25,019 bases of DNA, taken from assembly GCA_002269645.1 (NCBI GenBank), contig NIVC01001336.1:1-25019 (forward strand), written 5' to 3'. This document shows, one piece after another, positions 1-19,007 of the stretch; positions within the stretch are counted from its first letter, which is position 1; the number at the start of each line of letters is the position of its first letter. Source of the stretch: Macrostomum lignano (lineage: Eukaryota). The notes beneath the pieces are model-generated. The model saw only the letters and a program-made list of their open reading frames with translations. It did not search any database and had not been told where the DNA came from. The position numbers and the translations under genes were made by a program.

Positions 1-223
1 CGGATGTACGGAGCCATCTTGTTGATGTGCAACCTTGTAGTTGGCGGCGGCGATGTACTTCTTGATGGTGGCCAGCGAGGTTCCCTTGCGTCCTTGCTGG
101 CACGGATCGCGGCCTTCACCATACTGCAGAGTCGGCGGGTGTGCAGATGGAGCCTTCGGCTTGGCCGGCCTCTTGCTTTCGCCTTGGGCGTCGCCTTGGC
201 AGCAGCGGGCGCGGGTCAGTCAT
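1..223 (-). pseudogene. H1: Histone H1 (linker histone), N-terminal tail and first part of the globular domain; frameshifted (pseudogene or sequencing errors); runs off the window start
   Basis: Minus strand from ATG at 223, correcting about 5 single-base indels, reads MTD.APAAAKATPKAK.KRPAKPKAPSAHPP...MVKAAIRASKD.KGTSLATIKKYIAAANYKV.INKMAPYI, matching the H1/H5 globular motif HPxY..M+..AI..LK+R.GSS...IKKYI..NYKVD. Confidence 0.85.
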
Positions 224-1320
224 GTTTACGGAGTTGGACGGATGAAGAAAGAGGCAGATGAATTTTGATATGAAAGAAAAAAGTTTGCCTATGCAGTATA
301 GCCTATATTGTAAAAACTGGACCTATTCGAAATAAAACTGGACCTCTTCGAAGCTACGGAACCAAAATTTGCAAGCCTAATGAAGAATGTTCTGTATGCA
401 ATATACTACTGGCAGTAGAAATAAAAGGTATCTTAGACAAGAAGTGATGCGAAAGGAAAAAAAGTAAGTTTTTATATTAATTATAAACACAGCGCCAGTA
501 ATTATTAGTCGTGTTTTACAAAATCCCATAGATTTTTTGTCATTTTTTACTGACCTGACAGTAACAGTAAAGAGAGTGGCTGAAGGTGTATCGTGTATGG
601 TTGCATGAATGTATCATGAACCTTAAAGATATTTTTTATTACTAATTATACACGAATTCGCAATTAGAATTCTTCGAAAGTCATGTTATCCACCGAATCG
701 ACCACAATCTACTAATTTTAAGCTGGTTTCAAGAAGACAAGAAGACAGTTATTTAGCAGATTCATGCAAGGTACACTGCAAAAAGGAAATTTTTATTTTA
801 AACCAGAAAATCCAATAAATATTTAACCGCGGATTTATTTGAAAGTCACATTGTTGCATTAAATTTATTTAGTGCAAAAAACAGGTACAATGGTCGAGCT
901 GCTCTTGACAGTAGCGAGCGAAATTTAGATAGTTCTTTTCACTAAAACGGCCCTTTTAAGGCACCCATTCTCTGCTTTGAATCCTTGCTGCTCCTCCCAA
1001 AAGAAATCTGATTGCTTCAAGTTGAAGGCGCGCGAAGGCTTTTAAAATGAACAACTAAGCAACAAAGATTTTAGGGGACGCAATAAACTTAATAACCAAC
1101 TATCGCAGCATCTTTGCATCTTTACTTGTCTGCTTATACAAAAGCAGACTTGTTCAAAGCTTGTGCAGTGCGTCGGGCAAGAGAAGAGAACGCAATTGGT
1201 GAGAAGAATGAGAGTACTTGGGTAGGCATTGGCAACACTGCACTAGCTGTGCTCACGCGTAGACTTCATCCAAGCGTTTGCTGAGTAGAAAAGCTCGACC
1301 AAAACTCAGGCTTTGGTAAA

Positions 1321-1548
1321 TGCAGACTTTTAGCCTGAGACACACCAATGCCCGCGTATTGCACTGCAGACTTTTAGCCTGAGACACACCAATTCCCGCG
1401 TATTGCACTGCAGACTTTTAGCCTGAGACACACCAATGCCCGCGTATTGCACTGCAGACTTTTAGCCTGAGACACACCAATGCCCGCGTATTGCACTGCA
1501 GACTTTTAGCCTGAGACACCAATTTCCCGCATATTGCACCTGCAGACT
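1321..1548. repeat. 44-bp tandem repeat, ~5 copies (TGCAGACTTTTAGCCTGAGACACACCAATGCCCGCGTATTGCAC), just upstream of the Shisa-like ATG
   Basis: Units start at 1321, 1365, 1409, 1453, 1497; near-identical. Confidence 0.95.
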
Positions 1549-1582
1549 TTGAACTTGAACCGAATTTCAGCACACTGCTCAG

Positions 1583-4500
1583 ATGAAGCCTTCAATTCTA
1601 TTATTGCTATCCGTCTTCTGCGCTTTGCTGCTCATCGAGCTGAGTGAGTAACCGCAGTGTTTAATGCTAGCTGAGTGAGTAACCGCAGTGTTTAATGCTA
1701 GCTGAGTGAGTAACCGCAGTGTTTAATGCTAGCTGAGTGAGTAACCGCAGTGTTTAATGCTAGCTGAGTGAGTAACCGCAGTGTTTAATGCTAGCTGAGT
1801 GAGTAACCGCAGTGTTTAATGCTAGCTGAGTGAGTAACCGCAGTGTTTAATGCTAGCTGAGTGAGTAACCGCAGTGTTTAATGCTAGCTGAGTGAGTAAC
1901 CGCAGTGTTTAATGCTAGCTGAGTGAGTAACCACAGTGTTTAATGCTAGCTGAGTGAGTAACCGCAGTGTTTAATGCTAGCTGAGTGAGTAACCACAGTG
2001 TTTAATGCCAGCTGAGTGAGTAACCGCAGTGTTTAATGCTAGCTGAGTGAGTAACCGCAGTGTTACTTACGTTCTTAGTGGGATTCTACTCAATGTACAT
2101 GTATAAACAATTGTACGTGACATGCATACGCAAGCCACGGGTTCGAAACAGACAGCCCTCTCATGTCTCACTGATTGCAGCCTTTGCTGCCAGAGGCTCC
2201 AGCGGCAGCCGCGGCAACAGCGGAAGCCGGAGCAGCGGCAGCCGGAGCAGCCGGAGCAGCCGGAGCAGGTCCTACTCAAGATCGAGTGGGGGAACAAGCT
2301 ACTCTCGAATGTCCACCTTTGTGGCCGCGTCCTTCGTGTATGTTTGGCACTGGGGGCGTGCAGTGTGACTGAACTGTTTGGCACTGAGGAGTGCAGTGTG
2401 ACTGAACTGTTTGGCACTGAGGGAGTGCAGTGTGACTGAACTGTTTGGCACTGAGGGAGTGCAGTGTGACTGAACTGTTTGGCACTGAGGGAGTGCAGTT
2501 TCATTCGCTGACACTTCAGGATATGAGAGAGTTTAAAAATGCCAAAGTTTTGTACAATAAATCATCCAACACAAATTCTAGCTCGCAAATGCGTATATTT
2601 CACGCTGTTTGCGTTAGTCCTCCTGCTGCATGTATTTTCCTCCAGGCCATGAAGCCTAGTCATCTCCCACCTTCAGGCCATGAAGGCTAGTCATCTCCCA
2701 CCTTCAGGCCATGAAGGTTAGTCAGCTCTCACCTTCAGGCCATGAAGGTTAGTCTTCTCCACCCCCAGGCCATGGTTAAGCTCCCCCTCAAGGCCGTAAA
2801 GTTCAGACGCTGGTCAAAGCCCCAACTCGAACTGCAGCTGGTCGGTGAAGTACCGCGCGTTCCGGTCGGGCTACTACTTCAGCTCGCTGCGCTGGCGCAG
2901 GTCACACTCCGACCTGGAGAGCGACACGCCATTGTGCTTCAATATCGAGGACGCGGTGCCCGTCGAGTACAACAGCTCCGTGCAGGTGCCCTGGATCTAC
3001 AAGAATAAAACTACATACGGAGTGTTCATCTGCCCGATTGACGGCAGCGAGGACAAGACCTACTGCTGCGGCGATGATGAAGCTGAGTACTGCTGCGGAT
3101 TCTGGGACGAGTGAGTAGATTTGTTTGCGCAGAAAAAATGCGAGTATTTCCCATGAGTGCGTATGTACTTTAAGATTAACCTTACCATGAGTGCGCCTGT
3201 ACTTTAGGATAAACTTTGCCATGAGTGCGCCTCTACTTTAAGATGAACTTTTCCATGAGTGTGCCTGTAAGTGCCTGTAAGGATGAACTTTGCTATGAGT
3301 GCGCCTGTACTTTAGGATGAGCTTTGTCATGAGTGCGGCTGTACTTTAAGATAAATGTATAAGCTTTGCCACGAGTGCGCCTGTACTTTAAGATGAACTT
3401 TCCCATGAGTTCCCTTATACCTTTAAGGATATGAGCTTTTTCATATACAGCTATTCGAATGCATGTAGTTCATTCGTACGTATTGATGAACTTTATGGTC
3501 TAGGCAAAAAGATGGTTACCTGCTGAAATTGACTCAAATAATTGCGCCCTCGATTCACCTTGCAGCAGCAGCCGTGCCGCTGGCGTGGCGGTGGGCATCG
3601 CCTTCCTCGCCGCCGGCCTGGTGCTGATCGTCTACATCTGCTACAACTGCGCCAAGGGGGCCTCCGCCGGGTGAGACCTGCTGCAGTGACAATTTCTGAT
3701 GCCCTGATCCATACGTCTAGATGGATAGTCACACTGGGACTGTCACTCCCTCACTTAAGGATTGTCACTCCCTCACGATAAGGATTGTCACTCCCATCAC
3801 AATAAGGATTGTCAATCCCTCACAATAAGGATTGTCACTCCCTCAATAAAAATTGTCACTCCCTCACAATAAGGATTGTCACTCCCTCACAAAAAGGATT
3901 GTCACTCCCTCACAAAAAGGATTGTCACTCCCTCACAATAAGGATTGTCACTCCCTCACAATAAGGATTGTCACTCCCTCACAATAAGGATTGTCACTCC
4001 CTCACAATAAGAGGATTGTCACTCCCTCAATAACGATTGTCACTCCCTCACATAAGGATTGTCACACCCCTTACTTAATATAAGGATTGTTCACTCTGCG
4101 ACATTGGAATTTTCACTCTGACAGATTGCACTCTGACAGTGTCATCTGGCACATCGGAATTGTCACTGTCACATCCGGATATTTTCACCGCGACACATCA
4201 GGATTGTCACTCTTTCACATTCGGGATTGTCACTCTGTCACATTCGGGATTGTCACTCGGTCACGTTCGGGATTGTCACTCTGTCACATTCGGAATTTGT
4301 CACTCTGTCACATTCGGGATTGTCACTCGGTCACGTTCGGGATTGTCACTCTGTCACATTTAGGATTGTCACTCTTTCACATTCGGGATTGTCACTGACA
4401 CATTGGGATCGTCACTCGGTCACGTTCGGGATTGTCACTCTGTCACATTCGGGATTGTCACTCTGTCACATTCGGGATTGTCACTGTCACATTCGGGATT

Positions 4501-4757
4501 GTCACTCTGTCACATTCGGGATCGTCACTCTGTCACATTCGGGATTGTCACTCTGTCACATTTGGAATCGTCACTCTGTCACATTTGGAATCGTCACTCT
4601 GTCACAGTTGGGATCGTCACTCGACAGAACAGGACAGGCCGGATCAATAAGGAGCATTTCTCCGAACCCAACCATGCAATTCAGCTCCAGCTCAGTGGCG
4701 GCCAAGCCAATCAGCAGCTCGCAGCCGCCCCCTATCCCGAGCCGGGCCTCAACATGA
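1583..4757 (+). CDS. Shisa-like single-pass membrane protein (~241 aa): signal peptide, R/S/G-rich segment, six-Cys C-C-CC-CC domain, TM helix, Ser/Pro-rich tail. Exons 1583-1643, 2181-2337, 2838-3110, 3566-3670, 4628-4757
   Basis: Hand-spliced at GT..AG with consistent phases (1,2,2,2), total 726 nt = 242 codons. MKPSILLLLSVFCALLLIELT (signal peptide) ... LCFNIEDAV...GVFICPIDGSEDKTYCCGDDEAEYCCGFWD ... AAGVAVGIAFLAAGLVLIVYICYNC (TM plus juxtamembrane Cys). The FxCP..YCCG..YCC pattern before a TM helix is the Shisa-like family signature. The last exon frame is less certain. Confidence 0.8.
1639..2064. repeat. 31-bp minisatellite, ~13.7 copies (GCTGAGTGAGTAACCGCAGTGTTTAATGCTA), filling Shisa-like intron 1 and overlapping the exon 1 donor
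   Basis: Exact 31-bp period from 1639 to 2042 plus a partial unit; very few substitutions. Confidence 0.97.
2341..2499. repeat. 34-bp minisatellite, ~4.7 copies (TGTTTGGCACTGAGGGAGTGCAGTGTGACTGAAC), starting 3 nt into Shisa-like intron 2
   Basis: Units at 2341, 2375, 2408, 2442, 2476. Confidence 0.95.
2641..2800. repeat. 31-bp minisatellite, ~5 degenerating copies (CAGGCCATGAAGGYTAGTCATCTCCCACCTT), in Shisa-like intron 2
   Basis: CAGGCCATG at 2643, 2674, 2705, 2736, 2766. Confidence 0.9.
3136..3430. repeat. ~34-bp diverged minisatellite, ~7-8 copies (CCATGAGTGCGCCTGTACTTTAAGATGAACTTTG), in Shisa-like intron 3
   Basis: Recurring ATGAGTGCGCCTGTACTTTA at roughly 34-bp spacing. Confidence 0.9.
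3737..4075. repeat. 23-bp minisatellite A, ~14 copies (AGGATTGTCACTCCCTCACAATA), in Shisa-like intron 4
   Basis: Direct inspection; period 21-25 bp. Confidence 0.95.
4150..4622. repeat. 23-bp minisatellite B, ~20 copies (TTCGGGATTGTCACTCTGTCACA), in Shisa-like intron 4, running up to the 3' splice site
   Basis: Direct inspection; shares the GGATTGTCACTC core with array A. Confidence 0.95.
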
Positions 4758-5159
4758 GCTACTACGGCTCAGAGTTCGGCAGCGGTCAGCAACAGGAGGA
4801 GCCAAAGGTGACGCACGCCGCGGACAGGACAGCGGCACGCCGCCGCCCAGCTACGAAACGGCTGCGGACATGTAGGCTGCGTCCGAGCCGCTTGTAAAAT
4901 TCGCTAATGTATTTTCATCATCTTCAAAATAGCAAAAAGCGCTGATTATGCTACTTAAAAATTTAGAAAAGTAAAGTATCGATAAGTAGTATGTACAGTA
5001 CGAGCTGACAGATTTAGTATTGGAACTTTCTTTGTCCTGCCCACCCGATGACACCGTTTACAATTGACTTTGTAAGATTTTCATTTTAATAAGTAGCAAA
5101 GTATGCTACTAACAAGCCAAAAAATATGTAGTAAAGTTATTTGTAAAATTCTCCTCAAA

Positions 5160-5169
5160 AATAAATAAA
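5160..5169 (+). terminator. Candidate polyadenylation signal (overlapping AATAAA x2) for the Shisa-like gene
   Basis: AATAAATAAA about 400 nt after the predicted stop, followed by TGTTTTTG; no transcript evidence. Confidence 0.35.
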
Positions 5170-5501
5170 TGTTTTTGAAAAGCGAAGCAGCTCAGTCTGC
5201 TCAATCAATGTGCAAAACATTCGTGAGAGGCGAAATAGAAAAGAGAAGGCCGGTTTTATATTTTTCATTTGTTTTTCGTCCTGTCTACAGTCGGTATAAA
5301 AAAGCAGCAGCGCGCTCGAGCACAGCTTGGCAGCTAGCCGAGAATCATTAGAAAAGTAAACACGCGCGCAACAGTCTACTTAATGAACGCCAAATGAGTA
5401 GCATAATGCAGACACGATTTTTGCGCAAAATTTATAATTAACATTAAAGTCAACACTTGGTTGGTTGGACCGACACGAATATATCAAGCTCAAATTTGGT
5501 T

Positions 5502-5757
5502 ACAAAATCTCACCCCAGCTGGCAAAAAATCTTACCCCAGCTGGAAAAAAATCTTACCCCAGCTGGCACAAAATCTCACCCCAGCTGACACAAAATCCCA
5601 TCCCAGGTGACACAAAATCTCACCCCAGCTGGCACAAAATCTCACCCCAGGTGACACAAAATCTCACCCCAGCTGGCACAAAATCTCACCCCAGGTGACA
5701 CAAAATCTCACCCCAGCTGGCACAAAATCTCACCCCAGCTGGCACAAAATCTCACCC
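5502..5757. repeat. 22-bp minisatellite, ~11.6 copies (ACAAAATCTCACCCCAGCTGGC), starting ~30 bp downstream of the RUVBL1 stop (probable 3' UTR)
   Basis: Direct inspection; explains the HPSWHKISPQ-type ORFs in the track. Confidence 0.95.
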
Positions 5758-5786
5758 ATCAGTCAGTCTCAAGCCACCCCAGCAGC

Positions 5787-15887
<10,101 letters not shown>

Positions 15888-16901
15888 CTACTATAGAAAA
15901 AGTCCACTCATAGAGCTTTTGGATTACATTCTTCCCATCAAATTTGAGGCTAGAAGGCATAAGCACTAAAGCTGGGAGAAATTCAATACTTATTATCATG
16001 GTGAGGCTATGGCTATGGTTAAAATCTCTAAAAAGTAGTCTAATTTTTTGGCTATAGCTAAGGGTGAGATATTGATCCATCCCGATTTAGAGATTGTTTT
16101 GAGATTTTGAAACTTTTGGCCACAATTAAATCTTAGCTTGCAATCTTATTGCTTTACTAATCTTCAATAAGCTATTTTAAATTGTTATGCTGACCATAAA
16201 AATAGCAAAATGGTTCTTTTTACAAACAACACAAAACAAATACCATCTAATTAAGTAAAAATCTTGAACTGCAAAAAAGAGGCTGTAAAATAAAAAATAA
16301 AGAAACATGCTTTGTTAATATGTTGATACAATGATAACTTCTAATGGTTCTTGTCATCAACTTTAGCTGAGGTTAATTGCATGAAATGTCAATTATTAAT
16401 GTAAATGCAATTTCTTCCTATTGACTATAAAAAAAGAAATAAAAAATATATAAATGACTATAAAATAGCCTAAAATAGTCTAGGTAATCTATTCTATACT
16501 CAGAAAATTGGTATTCAATCAAAGGCTCTTTATTTTACTTTATTTTATATCTCAGATTCTTGGCACTTTTTTTTAAATTGAGATTTGATTGAGAAAAAAG
16601 TCAAAATCTGGAAGAATATTGATTGCAAGATTGAGATCTCATCTGATCTCTACTTGTCTTAAAAAATATATTAAAATGCTTTAGTTTAACTTATTACTAA
16701 ACTAAAAGTAGCTTGCATATAAATGCTTGGAGTAGCCTATCTAGTTAATAGTGTTTATTTTAGTATCTGTAATGGAAGTGCTTATCCCCACAGTCCCATA
16801 CTGATAATTCCAATTTTATCCATACAGATCCGTGTCAATAATTTCTAGCTTATCCCCATGGCAGCTTATTGAAATAGCTGCCACCATTTAAGTCTGTAGG
16901 C

Positions 16902-19007
16902 CAAGGGTCAGCAAACTGCAGCCTAGATCCGACCTACAACATCTTCGAGTCCAGCCCGCAGCACTCTTACTATCTAACAATGTAAAAGTGGCCTGCAAAT
17001 CAAATTTGTATTGAAACATTCAACTTTACAAGCGAATTAGCTTTCATCCTGTCATTCTTGTGTCAATTTTAACTGTGGTATTATTGGTTATGTTTGGTCT
17101 ATCATCTAAAATTATTGGCTTATCCTATAAAATTGTTCATTAAATTATTTTTTTCATTTGAATTTGACTCCCTTCTATTTTTAAAATCCAAAATAGGTGA
17201 ATAAAGTAATAGTTTAACATGTACCTGGTAGCTAAATTGTTTGTTATAGTCAATTGCCATATCATGACACAAGGATACTACTTTAACATTGGGTAATAGT
17301 GTGACTGGGTAATTTTATTGAAGCACATCTCTCCACCACATTTGAATTTGTGCACTGATGTCAAGAATTTTAAAAATAGTATCAGTTTTGTGCGCACAAA
17401 GCATGAAAATATGCATGTCTATGGTCAAAAGGCTGTGACAATACGGGAGCCAGAGGGACTTTTAAAGGGGGATATACATTTGAGACAAAGAATACTGAGC
17501 TATTACAAAGAATACTGAGCTATTACAAACAAAAGTTTGTTTGTAATAAACTTTACTCACTATTACTCAACAAAAATTGCAGTTTGCGTGTTGCAGCCAA
17601 AGTTGCAAATTTCTTATTATTAAATGACTTCTTTATAATAAATTTTGTTTATGGTCAAAACGAAAAAATGTAAATGCCTGAGGAATCAAGATTTCAGCTT
17701 CACTTTTTGAACCACACTGGCATTCTATATTAGCTTAGTATTCTTTGGTTTGAGAATGAAAAATTAGCTGCCAAGCTGCCAATACTAGGATTTAAGCCAA
17801 GCCTCTGGTTACTTTTCTAATTTTGGGCTATTAATCATACTCTCTAGATAGCTGGATGGACAACTAGCAACCTCAGGTTGGATTGAGCCACTGTTAGTGT
17901 TTAACTTTCAAGTAGTACCCTTGTATCGTGATGTGGCAATTGACTATAACAAACAATTTAGCTGCCAGGTACATGTTAAACTGTTAATTCTGTTACAGTG
18001 CTTGCTCCTGTCATAAAAAATCCCACCGTTGACACCAAAGTTGTCCTAGGGTTTACTTCTGTCCTCCAATTTTCCCACTAATTGCCACCAGTTGTAACAG
18101 GGGTTATTTCTGCTTATTAATCTTACTGGTTATTACTTGCCTTTTACTAGTAGCGCATGTACTTCTATTGGTAACATGTGTACTTTTATTGGTAGCATCT
18201 GTACTTCTATTGTACTTTCTGGCCTGAGCGGTCTTTTAGGCACTGTCTATCCTATCCCTATACTCCTCTAAAGATATTATTCTCAGTCCTGGGCATTCCC
18301 AGGATCAGAGGGTCACAGCTTACTTGCTGGGTATTCTGCCCTGAGGCGGGTTTCTCAGACTCTAAGCCTGGATTTCTCTACCCTGTGGTAGGAATTCTGC
18401 CTTCTAAAGGTGGGTTACTAGACTCCTAAGTCTAGGATTTCCCGTTCTCTGAGAACAGACTGAACTCCCAATCTTGGGGCAACTCCTATGTCACTATCCA
18501 CTTCTCAAAATAAGTAACAAGAGTGATCACAAGCCCAAGGCTGATTTAAAGCTTGATCAATATTTGAAACAATGGTACAAGACCAACAAACAAGAAAAGG
18601 TTCACAAGGTTATTTATTTTGGCTCCCAGCTGACTCCTATTTATAGTAAAATTTCCTTAGTATTTAAAACAAAGTATTAATACATAGAATATTCAGAATA
18701 TTTTGCATATAAGAAATATTTTTAATATTCCCATAGTATAACAACAGTAGTACATTTTGAAATGCAGCTTTTTCTAAGAAATTGTTATAAAAACTGGAGG
18801 CCTATTATAATTCATTCACTTGCTTCATCTTTTTTACTCTAAAAAAGAAAGGAATCAAATTCAAGTGAAAAAATAATTTAATAAATGATTTTATAGGCTA
18901 CCAAATTGTTATTTATAGTAGCTTAATTGGTTGTACATTTTTTCTGGCCTGCCAACTCAGCCAGTTGTCCAATCTGGCTTGCACTGAAAAAAGTTTGTTG
19001 ACCCTTG
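16902..19007. mobile_element. Non-autonomous hAT (Charlie-like) DNA transposon, 2106 bp, inserted in the left TIR of the MULE-like element
   Basis: 16-bp TIRs CAAGGGTCAGCAAACT / AGTTTGTTGACCCTTG (1 mismatch), preceded on the right by CTGAAAAA as in Charlie/MER5-type ends; decayed 8-bp TSD CTGTAGGC / CTATAAGC (6 of 8); the empty site is visible in the opposite TIR of the host. Confidence 0.8.
17211..17982. mobile_element. MITE-like element (~770 bp) with ~75-bp TIRs, nested in the hAT-like element
   Basis: AGTTTAACATGTACCTGGTAGCTAAATTGTTTGTTATAGTCAATTGCC...TACTACT (17211-17283) is the near-perfect reverse complement of 17911-17982; TSD unresolved (GTAA/TTAA-like flanks). Confidence 0.7.

Noticed and set aside
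4-268. + strand ORFs of 85 and 75 aa at the window start
   Set aside because: They are antisense to the frameshifted histone H1.
1639-2064. CRISPR-like array (31-44 bp repeats here and elsewhere)
   Set aside because: The repeats are directly head-to-tail with no unique spacers, there are no cas genes, and the context is eukaryotic.
4087-4650. HIRDCHSVTFGIVTLS repeat ORFs resembling a Cys/His metal-binding protein
   Set aside because: They are translations of the 23-bp intron 4 satellite; the unit is not a multiple of 3 and cycles through frames.
17486-17529. Two-copy 20-bp direct duplication (ACAAAGAATACTGAGCTATT); similar 21-bp doublet at 312-352
   Set aside because: These are ordinary local tandem duplications with no further structure.
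18200-18480. More GC-balanced segment inside the hAT-like element, possibly an LTR or other insert
   Set aside because: No terminal repeats, TSD, PBS or coding similarity could be identified by eye.
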